Positions 6,970-16,179 of a stretch of DNA of 36,982 nt are shown here, piece by piece; position 1 is the first letter of the stretch, and every line of letters starts with the position of its first letter. Where the stretch lies: IMG/VR virus record IMGVR_UViG_3300034349_000076, positions 1 to 36,982 of that record; one strand, written 5' to 3'. The notes beneath the pieces are model-generated. The model was not told the DNA's origin. It did not search any database and saw nothing but the letters and a program-made list of their open reading frames with translations. This DNA is from a virus. Lineage: Duplodnaviria > Caudoviricetes. A program made the translations under genes and the position numbers.

Positions 6970-9312
6970 ATGGCAATCATTAAGAACAACAGATACAAAC
7001 GGGCAGCACACACGCAAGCTACCTTATACAAAGGACAAAGCAGCACAACTGGCTCCACTGTTAAGCTTGGCGCGATCCAAAAAGCACAACCAACTTTAGT
7101 AGCCTTCACCTATCCTCTGCCGATTGCTTGGCATAAGCGCACACTAGCACACAGCATTACTTGCACACTCAGCACTACACAGCAAGGTGTGCATGATAGC
7201 GAAACACGTGCATGGATACGCGCAACTATACAAGAAGCCTACAGTACATGGAAAGATAAGGTAATTACACAAGCAGCACAATGGACAGATAGCGCATCCT
7301 TCATGTTGCCCTTTCCTGCTATGTGGGCAACCATGAAACGCAAGGATAAGCAAGCAACACTGCAAGCAGCCTACGACACAATCAATTCTATGCTCCCTTG
7401 GATGGTATGGGAAGTCCCTAATCCTCGCTATCCTGGACAGATACTCACACTGGATGCAGACCAATGCTATGCAGTAGCTTGGTTCCTTTGGAGCGGAAGC
7501 TCGTTTGTGCTCACTGGTCCAGCAGGCAGCGGAAAGACTCTCTTGTTGCAAGCTATCGCAATAGCATGGGCACGTAAGAATCCTGAACTACGCTACGAGT
7601 ATAAGCTTCCAGTGCATATGCGTACAAGTCAGAAGGACACGCACAAGCTAGGTCCAGCTATGTACATAGGAAGCTTCACTAACAAAGCAGTAGGTGTATT
7701 AAGGCAAAAGGTACTAGCTAGCGCAGAGCTAGCTTATGCTGGATTCGGCCCTAATATGATGAGCTTGCATGGGCTATGTGAGTTTGAGCCTGTAGAAGTA
7801 GAAAGCACAACAGAAGATGGACAACCTAGACTGTCGCGTCAGTTTATGCCTGGACGTACAAAGTGCAATCCCTTGGTAGGGCTATCCTGTGCAGTGCTGG
7901 ACGAAGCAAGCATGATAGGTGTAGGTGTAGCTAACGAAGACACTGGAGAGGATGAGTTAGCAGCACGCCAGATATGGTCATACTTCTATGATGCGCTATC
8001 TCCAGAGCAGGGTACGCAAGTTGTGCTAGTAGGGGATATCAACCAGCTGCCACCTGTAGGAGGAAAGAGCATACTATCTTACGGACTCAATCAACTGCCT
8101 GTGATTGAGCTAACCTTCTTCCATAGGCAAGCAGCAGAGTCCCCTATCATCGCAGCAGCACATAGCATCCTTCGAGGAGAGTTTCCACAAGCAGCAAAGA
8201 ATGAAAGCACTGGAGATGAGTTTGCTGTGATCTGTTGGCAACAGAAGAACCAAGCAAAGTATGGTTCGCCTAAGCCTGACAAGAATACAGCTGCACTAGT
8301 GCATGGGGAGTACCTTGCTAAGTGTATTAAGGTATTGCTAGATAGAGATGAATTTACTCCAGGCGAGGACATATTCCTTATTCCTATGTACAAGGAAGAT
8401 AACACACATATTCTTGCTCGGCTAAAGCGGCAACAACGTGAAGGTAAGATAAGCTTAGCAGCTGCACGCTACGAATACCAGGAATATGTGAATGCTAAGA
8501 CAGCTAATGCTATCATTGCAAGCGAACTAGCATACAGACATGACAGACTTGTCTATGCTATTTATGCAGGTGGAACAAAGGCTAAACAGACTCTCTACCT
8601 TGCAGAAGGTGACAGAGTGCTAGTTAACAAAATTGAAGGTGTAGTTGTAGGGATAGCAGACAACCCAGCATACTCAGGTAAGACACCACCACACGCTAAG
8701 TCGGGCAAGCACATAAACTACTTTGGCCACAAACTACAGAGCACAGGTGCAAGCGCAGGTGCATATGAGCTAGCTAGCGATAGCGAAGCTATTTTCGAGT
8801 TAGAAACTATCGACCAAAGTGATGCAGATGAAGCATATGAGGCACTTATGCAGGCTCGTACAGGCTCAGCTAGTGAGAGTGAAGCAGAGCTAGCTGAGGC
8901 AGCAGAAGCTAAAGTGAGGCAAGCATCGCACACTGTAAGCATAGAACTAGACACGGGCGAGCTAATATGTATTAGCTCGGTAGGCAGCTTTGCAGATAGC
9001 AACTTCCAGTTAGGCTATGCTCTCACAGTACACAAAGCACAAGGTAGCGAATGGAATAGAGTATTCGTGCTGCTTCATGCTACGCACAACATTATGGCTA
9101 GCAGAGAGCTAGTCTACACTGCGATTACTAGAGCAAGGAATCGTTGTGCACTACTGGGAGACTTGTCTATCTATCAGGATGCAATACAACGGCCAAGGCT
9201 AAAGGGCAATAGCCTAGCAGAGAAGATAGCTTGCTTCAATGAGGGAGATCTACGCACCATTGATATGAGCAAAATTAAACTAGCCGACGAAGCCATAGAG
9301 TGCGCAGCATGA
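6970..9312 (+). CDS. RecD/Dda-like superfamily 1B DNA helicase
   Basis: GPAGSGKT (I), FTNKAV (Ia), LDEASMI (II), VGDINQLPPV (III), HRQ (IV), YALTVHKAQGSEW (V), YTAITRAR (VI). Confidence 0.95.
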   Translation: MAIIKNNRYKRAAHTQATLYKGQSSTTGSTVKLGAIQKAQPTLVAFTYPLPIAWHKRTLAHSITCTLSTTQQGVHDSETRAWIRATIQEAYSTWKDKVITQAAQWTDSASFMLPFPAMWATMKRKDKQATLQAAYDTINSMLPWMVWEVPNPRYPGQILTLDADQCYAVAWFLWSGSSFVLTGPAGSGKTLLLQAIAIAWARKNPELRYEYKLPVHMRTSQKDTHKLGPAMYIGSFTNKAVGVLRQKVLASAELAYAGFGPNMMSLHGLCEFEPVEVESTTEDGQPRLSRQFMPGRTKCNPLVGLSCAVLDEASMIGVGVANEDTGEDELAARQIWSYFYDALSPEQGTQVVLVGDINQLPPVGGKSILSYGLNQLPVIELTFFHRQAAESPIIAAAHSILRGEFPQAAKNESTGDEFAVICWQQKNQAKYGSPKPDKNTAALVHGEYLAKCIKVLLDRDEFTPGEDIFLIPMYKEDNTHILARLKRQQREGKISLAAARYEYQEYVNAKTANAIIASELAYRHDRLVYAIYAGGTKAKQTLYLAEGDRVLVNKIEGVVVGIADNPAYSGKTPPHAKSGKHINYFGHKLQSTGASAGAYELASDSEAIFELETIDQSDADEAYEALMQARTGSASESEAELAEAAEAKVRQASHTVSIELDTGELICISSVGSFADSNFQLGYALTVHKAQGSEWNRVFVLLHATHNIMASRELVYTAITRARNRCALLGDLSIYQDAIQRPRLKGNSLAEKIACFNEGDLRTIDMSKIKLADEAIECAA

Positions 9313-9740
9313 GCATACCCGCATCCTTACCTTTCACGCTCTATGTTCCTGCACAAATGCAAGTGTGGTTCGGCATACATTGGAGATTGCGGCAGACACA
9401 GAGCAAGCTAAGCACAATCTCTTACCTTGTACAGACGAGGCATCACCCTAGCCTACTGCTTGATGCTACAGCGCGAAACGCATACTGGACAGTACTCACA
9501 GGACAGCAACCTTATCGCTTGCCTATACTGTGCACAGGATGCCTACAAATACAAGGACACAGCCAAACAGGTGCACTATTATACGGATGTAATGCAAACA
9601 ACATTGCAGAGTTCCCAGGCGAAGCACTAATCTGGAGCTTCTTGCAAGCAGAGTATGGATGGACAAGGGACATGCTAAGGACAGCTTGGTTGCAATGGTA
9701 TGCACAACCCACAACCCACAAGGCTAACACACGAGGCTAA
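9309..9740 (+). CDS. Hypothetical protein (143 aa)
   Basis: ATGA overlap with the helicase stop; start moved from 9300 to 9309. Confidence 0.65.
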   Translation: MSIPASLPFTLYVPAQMQVWFGIHWRLRQTQSKLSTISYLVQTRHHPSLLLDATARNAYWTVLTGQQPYRLPILCTGCLQIQGHSQTGALLYGCNANNIAEFPGEALIWSFLQAEYGWTRDMLRTAWLQWYAQPTTHKANTRG

Positions 9741-9747
9741 CACACCA

Positions 9748-9978
9748 ATGAATAACACACAAGCAGAGCAAGTAGACACCCGTACCCCAGCACAGCGGGC
9801 AGCACAAGCAGCAGGCAACTCCATGTTACGGGAAGGAAAGGTAGTACAAGTGCTGACCAACACTGGCTGGCAAACAATACATGTGGCAGAGACAGTAGAA
9901 GAAGCCAGGGAGTATTGTAAAGGAACGCAAGTCTATGATGTAGATCCTGAGACAAGCAAGCAAGACAGCGCAGGATAA
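9748..9978 (+). CDS. Hypothetical protein (76 aa)
   Basis: ATG at 9748 follows a duplicated AGGCTAACACAC; avoids overlap with the previous gene. Confidence 0.6.
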   Translation: MNNTQAEQVDTRTPAQRAAQAAGNSMLREGKVVQVLTNTGWQTIHVAETVEEAREYCKGTQVYDVDPETSKQDSAG

Positions 9979-10017
9979 ACGCAAGCAACGCAAGCGACAA
10001 GGACGTTGCACAACACA

Positions 10018-10042
10018 CATAGCATAGCATAGCATAGCATAG
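10018..10042. repeat. (CATAG)x5 microsatellite ending in the CATAGG initiation motif
   Basis: Five exact copies upstream of the ATG at 10057. Confidence 0.92.
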
Positions 10043-10056
10043 GCAACACTTTCATC

Positions 10057-10389
10057 ATGGCACTCAAAACAAACAATGGCTACCTTGTCGCACCAGCAGA
10101 CTACTCTTGCCATACATACTTTCTTATCTACACTGTGCTACTTGAGCGCAAAAAGCTTTCCTTATGTATGCGCAATGACCAGATACCAAAGGTTAAACAG
10201 GTCATTGGACGCGTAAAATTTCGCTATTTCAATAAGACAGGTGATATTCGTATGCACACTAGGATGGAGCCACATGTAGGTGAGCATAATGAACCCTTAA
10301 TGATCTTACATTTCTATATCAAACCAACAGGTATTCGCACAGATAAGAATGTAATGAAGACACCTATTCCAATAGAACTTCCTTTCTAG
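10057..10389 (+). CDS. Hypothetical basic protein (110 aa)
   Basis: CATAGG upstream; ends IPIELPF. Confidence 0.7.
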   Translation: MALKTNNGYLVAPADYSCHTYFLIYTVLLERKKLSLCMRNDQIPKVKQVIGRVKFRYFNKTGDIRMHTRMEPHVGEHNEPLMILHFYIKPTGIRTDKNVMKTPIPIELPF

Positions 10390-10406
10390 CACAGAGCAAC
10401 ACTACA

Positions 10407-10805
10407 ATGAATGACCTCAGCACAGACACTACCACATTTCCTTCCTTTGCAACACTCTATGAACAGTTGCTCGATGAGGGACAGCTTGTACTCACTTGCC
10501 CTACGCACAATGTCTCTGCCGTCAGGCGTGCAATGACATACGCTAAGCAAGCATACAACAGGCGTATGAAGGAAGATGGAGACAGTCGTCGCATCTTCAC
10601 AGACTTGTATGCAGAGCAAGCACAACAAGCAACAGCGATACCACACACACGCATCTTGTTTACCCTTGACAGCAGAGAACAGAAGCAGCAACAACAAGCA
10701 AGTATTGTACCCGAGATACGCAAGAAGGTCACACCAGCAGCATTAGCTGTGACTACCCTGGCTACCATACTTCCACTCGAAACAGACGAAGCCGAAGCAG
10801 AATAG
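10407..10805 (+). CDS. Hypothetical protein (132 aa)
   Basis: Fills operon, typical codon usage. Confidence 0.7.
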   Translation: MNDLSTDTTTFPSFATLYEQLLDEGQLVLTCPTHNVSAVRRAMTYAKQAYNRRMKEDGDSRRIFTDLYAEQAQQATAIPHTRILFTLDSREQKQQQQASIVPEIRKKVTPAALAVTTLATILPLETDEAEAE

Positions 10806-10815
10806 AGGCAAGACA

Positions 10816-11484
10816 ATGGCAATCATCAAGCGCAAAATACTCACACCCAAGGCTAAGCCCACACCCACACCCACACCTAATCCAGTAACGGTGGCTGAGG
10901 AGCAGCAGGGTACGGCAACCGCAATAACTGCATCAGGCGAAACCATAACATTCGAGCTACAAGCAGCACATGACGAACTTATTAGCTATGACAGCCTAAC
11001 AGCGCTGGATGAGCTATTAGAGAGCGATGACGTAGAAATCGAATATGAGCCAGAGCCGAGAGAGCAAGGAGCGCAGCGACGTAGCGGGAGCAACGAGGAC
11101 GAGCAACCTACCACAAAGCAAGAAGTGCTAGCTGCTTTCGATCTGGATGCTGCACTAGATAGCGTGGACCAGCATGCTGATGTCTATGGTGGAGATCTTC
11201 ATGCAGCTATGAAGGGACTCATGACACTGGTGCACAGAGAGGGCGTAGACTTGGAAGCCTTGCGCACTGGGTTCATCCAAGTGAATCAAATCTTGCTAGA
11301 TGATCCTACCAAATGCACAGAGATCATGCTACCTACACACATAGGCGAACTCTGTCTTGCTGCACAGATGCTAAGCAAGGTGAGTGTGGAGATAGGAGAG
11401 GCAGGACAAGCTAAGAGAGCAACAAACAAGAAAGCGAAAGCGATTGCAGCTGGCGAAGCAGAGCCAGAGGAGCTTGAGATATGA
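10816..11484 (+). CDS. Hypothetical acidic protein (222 aa) with basic N-terminus and PT linker
   Basis: AGAGG upstream; MAIIKRK...PTPTPTP, acidic middle, helical C-terminal domain. Confidence 0.8.
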   Translation: MAIIKRKILTPKAKPTPTPTPNPVTVAEEQQGTATAITASGETITFELQAAHDELISYDSLTALDELLESDDVEIEYEPEPREQGAQRRSGSNEDEQPTTKQEVLAAFDLDAALDSVDQHADVYGGDLHAAMKGLMTLVHREGVDLEALRTGFIQVNQILLDDPTKCTEIMLPTHIGELCLAAQMLSKVSVEIGEAGQAKRATNKKAKAIAAGEAEPEELEI

Positions 11485-11654
11485 GCACACAACAGACGAA
11501 GCATGAAGCCTATGTGCTACGTGAATACAACGAAGTATTCTGGCGACAACATACGGCCAATAAATACAAACTCAAGGTAGCAACTATGGCGAAGAATAGA
11601 ATAAATTGGATATTAGAGGAAGGTAGTGACGCTAATATATATGCAGTGTACTAG
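11481..11654 (+). CDS. Hypothetical protein (57 aa), not in the ORF track
   Basis: Hand-translated MSTQQTKHEAYVLREY...NIYAVY; ATGA overlap with the upstream stop; fills the gap. Confidence 0.55.
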   Translation: MSTQQTKHEAYVLREYNEVFWRQHTANKYKLKVATMAKNRINWILEEGSDANIYAVY

Positions 11655-11693
11655 CCGCGTACAACACACAGCAGAACATAGGAGCACAACGCA

Positions 11694-12617
11694 ATGAGAC
11701 TATCCTGGTCGTCAGACAAGCTATTCGACTTCTGTCCTCGCAAGTTTCAGCTATATAAGCTGCTTGAGACAGGTGAATACAGCGAGCGAGAAGCAACCGC
11801 ACATACTATGTATGGCCATGCCTTTGGTGATGGTGTGGCTATGCTGTTACAGACAGGAGGTGACATAGAGCAAGCTATTGCTACCGCTTTCACTCGTTGG
11901 GACTACAGGGTTGAGGGCAATAAGAAGAAGCTACAGATGCTTTTCACTAGCTTGATTCGTGTAGCAGAACAGTTTCCCTTCGACGAATATGCACCACTAC
12001 AGATGAAGGACAAGCAAGGCAATACCAGGCCAGCAATGGAAGTAGGTGCAAGGCTATGGCTAGACGCAGAGGGAGAGCGTGACTACTATGTGCTATTTGC
12101 TGACGCAATCATGCTACACAAGCCAACAGGTAAGCCGGTGGTATTTGAAGTGAAGACAACAGAGTGGACAGGTGACTTAGGCCCTATGTACACCAACTCG
12201 CCACAGAGTATTCTCTATTCACTTCCACTGCCCTACCTATTTCCAGAGTATGCAGAGCACAGTTGGGACACTGTGTATCTTATCAATCAAGTACCCAATA
12301 GTTGGGATGCTAAGATCATTGTGCTTGATATAGCACACAACTACACCGAACGATTAAGTGCGCTTATGGGATTGCTCATGCGCTACGAGTACATAGGAAG
12401 GATGCAAGAGAACGCATTCTTTCCTAAGACATGGGGTGGAGTATGCACAAACTATGGACGAGTATGTGAATACTATGGCATATGTGATCAGCTTGCAATG
12501 ACAAGCAAGACCAAGAGTACAGATGCGCAGAATGAGATGGATGAGGAACGAGACAGTAATGTCATCCTTGATATGCATATCCAAACCCTACTCAGCGATG
12601 AGATGAAACGAGCATAA
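11694..12617 (+). CDS. PD-(D/E)XK exonuclease, Cas4/AddB-like, with probable 4Fe-4S cysteines
   Basis: FCPRKF near N-terminus, E...ADAI...FEVKTT catalytic motif, QxxxY, C-terminal CTNYGRVCEYYGIC. Confidence 0.88.
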   Translation: MRLSWSSDKLFDFCPRKFQLYKLLETGEYSEREATAHTMYGHAFGDGVAMLLQTGGDIEQAIATAFTRWDYRVEGNKKKLQMLFTSLIRVAEQFPFDEYAPLQMKDKQGNTRPAMEVGARLWLDAEGERDYYVLFADAIMLHKPTGKPVVFEVKTTEWTGDLGPMYTNSPQSILYSLPLPYLFPEYAEHSWDTVYLINQVPNSWDAKIIVLDIAHNYTERLSALMGLLMRYEYIGRMQENAFFPKTWGGVCTNYGRVCEYYGICDQLAMTSKTKSTDAQNEMDEERDSNVILDMHIQTLLSDEMKRA

Positions 12618-12633
12618 GCAGAGCAACATAATC

Positions 12634-13644
12634 ATGGCAATCATAACAGTATGGGATATGGCAAAACGAGTAAGGGAAGAAGCAGAGAGCCTACCTAACA
12701 AGTTCTTGCTCTATGGACCTCCGGGATCAGGCAAGACACTGGTAGCAGCCACCATTAGCAAGATGTCAGGCTTCGGTCGTATCATCTGGGCTGATCTTGA
12801 GGATGGCTTGGCTACCATAGCAACAGCCAAGACAGCAGAAAATGAATACTACTTCAAGCCAGAAGAACTAGCTAAGCTTGAACATCTGCCTATTCCAGAC
12901 AAGACAATGCTTGATCCAGGGACAGCAGCCTTGCTAGGGCTTAACACAGCAGAATTCAGAGCTAGTACAGCACAGGGAGCAAAGATAATGCTTCCACTTC
13001 TTGTAAGTCCTACGCCGCTGCATTATGACGCAGTAGAACGTAAACTGGTACAGACTCGCAATGAAAACTGTTCTACCTGGTGCCTAGGCAAACTGAAGAA
13101 GGAAGATGTACTCATCATAGATTCTGGTACTCAGCTTGCGTCGAGCATCTTCAGCCTGGCGATTGCAAGCAATCCTGACCACAATCATGGACAAAAGCAT
13201 TGGTACGAATTTACCACCAATGCTAATGCTATGCTGAGCGCAATCCAAGCAGCCAAATGTACGGTAATAATGATATGCCACAGCCTAAACATAGAAGCAT
13301 CAGATGATCCGCCAAGGAAAGCAAGAACACTTCCTTGGTTTGGTAGTGCTAACTATTCAGCCAAGGTAGGACATCACTTTGGCACAGTGGTACATATGTA
13401 TTGTGATAGTCAATACAGAAGTCTTAGCACACCACTCACAAGGCTATCAATACAGGGTAAGAGTCGGTTCAACGTAGACACAGCGAAGATCAGCAATCCA
13501 ACAATGGAGGATCTCCTTGGCCTCAGTGAACGTGCACATAAAGCAAGCACATACATTGTGGACAAGACACAACCAGCAACAAAGCAAAACACACAAGGCA
13601 CACAAGCACAGCCAGCAGCTAAGCCTGGCTTAATCAAGCGCTAA
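12634..13644 (+). CDS. Sak4-like (AAA_24, RecA-fold) ATPase, probable single-strand annealing protein
   Basis: LLYGPPGSGKT, DLEDG, LIIDSGT, IMICH; lies between nuclease and SSB-like gene as in known Sak4 modules. Confidence 0.82.
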   Translation: MAIITVWDMAKRVREEAESLPNKFLLYGPPGSGKTLVAATISKMSGFGRIIWADLEDGLATIATAKTAENEYYFKPEELAKLEHLPIPDKTMLDPGTAALLGLNTAEFRASTAQGAKIMLPLLVSPTPLHYDAVERKLVQTRNENCSTWCLGKLKKEDVLIIDSGTQLASSIFSLAIASNPDHNHGQKHWYEFTTNANAMLSAIQAAKCTVIMICHSLNIEASDDPPRKARTLPWFGSANYSAKVGHHFGTVVHMYCDSQYRSLSTPLTRLSIQGKSRFNVDTAKISNPTMEDLLGLSERAHKASTYIVDKTQPATKQNTQGTQAQPAAKPGLIKR

Positions 13645-13689
13645 GCACAACCTAACCTAACACACGCTAAACTGAAGAGCAAATACAAC

Positions 13690-14394
13690 ATGGCGAATGA
13701 TATGAACACTGATGATCTGGCTGAAACCAACTACGAAGACAATGATGCAAGCGAAGTGAGCTTAGCCGAATTCGACCTTGATGCTGCCATGGAAGGCGTA
13801 CAAGCCAGGGCTGAGTATACTGATCCTATTGTGGGGAATCATATCTTCTATGTGCGTACGCATTGGAAGCTGGACACGCAAGATTGGGAAGACGAAGACA
13901 GCGGCAAGCAAGGTACAGAGATTGTAGCAAGGCACACGATGGAAGTGCTAGCTACAGAGAGTGAGAAAGCTAGCGAAGCAGTCGGTGGGCTATTTGTGGA
14001 GACCTTCACAGTGGGAGGTAAACTACGTGACTTCGCCAAGTACAAGGCTACTAAGAGACTCCCCGATAGCAAGGAGAACTTCCTCGCACGGCTGCTTGCA
14101 TTCAAGCCTGCACCAGAACTGACAAGACAGCAAGCACTTGACAGCCTAAACGAGCGTTATGAGGATACAGAGGCTTCCGGTGTCTGTGCTAAAGTGCGTA
14201 TCACTGCAAGGGAAAGCAAACCCAACGCAGCAGGTAATCAGTTTATCAACATCAAGAAGGTGAAGGTAATTGATCCTAGCTTCCCCTTGGTTGGGTCCGA
14301 TGGTGAAGGTATCTTCGAGAACGAAGAAGAGCTGGAAGCTTGGCACTTCTGGACACCTAGGCAAGACAGCAAGGATGAAGGAAGCGACGACTAA
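13690..14394 (+). CDS. Putative single-stranded DNA-binding protein
   Basis: Position after Sak4-like gene, beta-rich core (KVRITARE...QFINIKKV), very acidic termini; no direct family signature. Confidence 0.55.
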   Translation: MANDMNTDDLAETNYEDNDASEVSLAEFDLDAAMEGVQARAEYTDPIVGNHIFYVRTHWKLDTQDWEDEDSGKQGTEIVARHTMEVLATESEKASEAVGGLFVETFTVGGKLRDFAKYKATKRLPDSKENFLARLLAFKPAPELTRQQALDSLNERYEDTEASGVCAKVRITARESKPNAAGNQFINIKKVKVIDPSFPLVGSDGEGIFENEEELEAWHFWTPRQDSKDEGSDD

Positions 14395-14463
14395 TAGCGC
14401 AAGCTAGCAAGCACGCACAAGGACGTGCACCACAACCCTCAAACCAAAGCTAAGGTACTCATC

Positions 14464-14643
14464 ATGCAAATAGAAATCACCATCACTGAAGCCGAAGTAC
14501 GAAAGATAATTCAAGATGCCCTGAGTAAGAAGGGCATTGAGGTAGAAACAAAAGATATCAATATTATGGTGAAGAGTAAACAGAACTACAGATCAGAATG
14601 GGAACAATCCGATTTCAAAGCTACTGTGCTTAGCTTTCAATAG
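14464..14643 (+). CDS. Hypothetical protein (59 aa)
   Basis: TAAGG upstream of ATG 14464; MQIEITITEAEVRKII. Confidence 0.65.
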   Translation: MQIEITITEAEVRKIIQDALSKKGIEVETKDINIMVKSKQNYRSEWEQSDFKATVLSFQ

Positions 14644-14687
14644 CACAACAACTTAACCCTCAAACCCAACACTCAAACATCATTATC

Positions 14688-15296
14688 ATGTGCAATACTC
14701 AACACAACATCAACAACAGCAATCTAAACTCTTGGGAACAGAACGCGCTAAGGGATATCACCAATAGAAAGGACAGTGGAAAGGAACTTACTGGACCACA
14801 ACAAGCGCTATATGATAAGTTAACAGCCAAGCAACAAGGAAGAATGGGCAAAGCATATGGCTGGCCTAATCATATGTTGCTTCGCACAACCCTTGGCTTT
14901 CTTGAACGCAGTCCTGGCAAGGTGTTGTTCAAAGTAGGCGAAGCTATCCTTCAGTTTAAGTACACAGGCACAGCTTACACGCGCTACCCTAATTGCTTCC
15001 ACATCACAGATGCACTCAACAACGGCGAGTACGTAGGCAGGCTAGAGAGCACAGGTACAATCGTCATCTCGGCTGAGCGTCTGGCGCGTTTCAAAGACAC
15101 GCTGGCTCTCTTAGAAAAAGATCCTGTGCAAGCAGCAGTAGCCTATGGACATGCTATTGGTAACTGTGCTTTCTGTGCACGCCAGCTAACAGATGACAGA
15201 AGTGTGGCTGTAGGATATGGTCCGGTGTGTGCTGAGCGCTACGGACTTCCTTGGGGTGAGCCACAAGAACTCAGCTTAGATGATGACGGGGAGTAA
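14688..15296 (+). CDS. DUF6011-like zinc-binding protein
   Basis: CAFCARQLTDDRSVAVGYGPVCA matches the CxxC-R-LT...S...G-GP-C pattern. Confidence 0.8.
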   Translation: MCNTQHNINNSNLNSWEQNALRDITNRKDSGKELTGPQQALYDKLTAKQQGRMGKAYGWPNHMLLRTTLGFLERSPGKVLFKVGEAILQFKYTGTAYTRYPNCFHITDALNNGEYVGRLESTGTIVISAERLARFKDTLALLEKDPVQAAVAYGHAIGNCAFCARQLTDDRSVAVGYGPVCAERYGLPWGEPQELSLDDDGE

Positions 15297-15302
15297 GCAA
15301 GC

Positions 15303-15650
15303 ATGCACATAAGAATATGTACAGCAGAAGAACAGCAACCATGCACAGAGAAGACACATATGCCAGAATTCTTGCCTGTCTTTCTACACACACTTGGGTT
15401 TGAGCTTGTGTGCTATACATGGACAGAATTAAATACAATCGAGCATGAAGATGCTATAGAATGTGCAATGCGTTGGCAGCACAAGTTCATGCCAGAACTA
15501 CAATATTGTGCTAGGCATCGTACAGAAGAACTCACCACTGCTATTACGCATTGGATGATGGAGCCAGACAATCAGACTGTAGCTCAGTTGCTAGTGCACT
15601 TACAAGGCAAAGTGCGTATGCAACAAGCCAGCAAAGCAACTAAGCACTAA
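15303..15650 (+). CDS. Hypothetical protein, paralogue of 15661-15966
   Basis: Shared TLGF-L...W...C...W-H...P-L..CARH-T...I..WM pattern. Confidence 0.72.
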   Translation: MHIRICTAEEQQPCTEKTHMPEFLPVFLHTLGFELVCYTWTELNTIEHEDAIECAMRWQHKFMPELQYCARHRTEELTTAITHWMMEPDNQTVAQLLVHLQGKVRMQQASKATKH

Positions 15651-15660
15651 GGGGAAATAA

Positions 15661-15966
15661 ATGAGTAATACAAAACAAACACAAGATGAGCGCAACTTAG
15701 CAGAGGCCAGTGCATATGCTTTGCTTTATACCCTTGGCTTCAAGCTAGAGCACCATGATTGGCAAAAGATAGGCACAAAAAATGCACTGCTATGTGGCCT
15801 ATATTGGGAACACCCTATGCTACCTGGCCTGCGCCATTGTGCACGTCATCACACTGTATGGTTAGTGGGGCAGATAATAAACTGGATGGAAGAAGATGCA
15901 ACGCTTACCATCAAGGATATACTGCGGCTCTTATTGATAATTAGAATGCTAAAAGAGGAGGTTTAG
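15661..15966 (+). CDS. Hypothetical protein, paralogue of 15303-15650
   Basis: AAGGGG RBS; same conserved pattern as the upstream gene. Confidence 0.75.
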   Translation: MSNTKQTQDERNLAEASAYALLYTLGFKLEHHDWQKIGTKNALLCGLYWEHPMLPGLRHCARHHTVWLVGQIINWMEEDATLTIKDILRLLLIIRMLKEEV

Positions 15967-15969
15967 CAA

Positions 15970-16179
15970 ATGAGCCACAATGCACTCGCTCCTTCACATA
16001 TACCAAGCACACGGCTACCACCCAAGTTAGGAACGATAAGAATTGCAGTACGCTCACAAGGATTGTGGAGAGTATGGACCGGGCCAAGCACAGGCTGGGA
16101 ATACTTCCAAAGCCCAGCAAACGCAACCATCTTCGCTAAGGCACTCTTAGCGATACAACACACAGAGAAGCAAACATGA
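15970..16179 (+). CDS. Hypothetical protein (69 aa)
   Basis: GAGGAGG RBS; ATGA overlap with the exonuclease gene. Confidence 0.6.
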   Translation: MSHNALAPSHIPSTRLPPKLGTIRIAVRSQGLWRVWTGPSTGWEYFQSPANATIFAKALLAIQHTEKQT

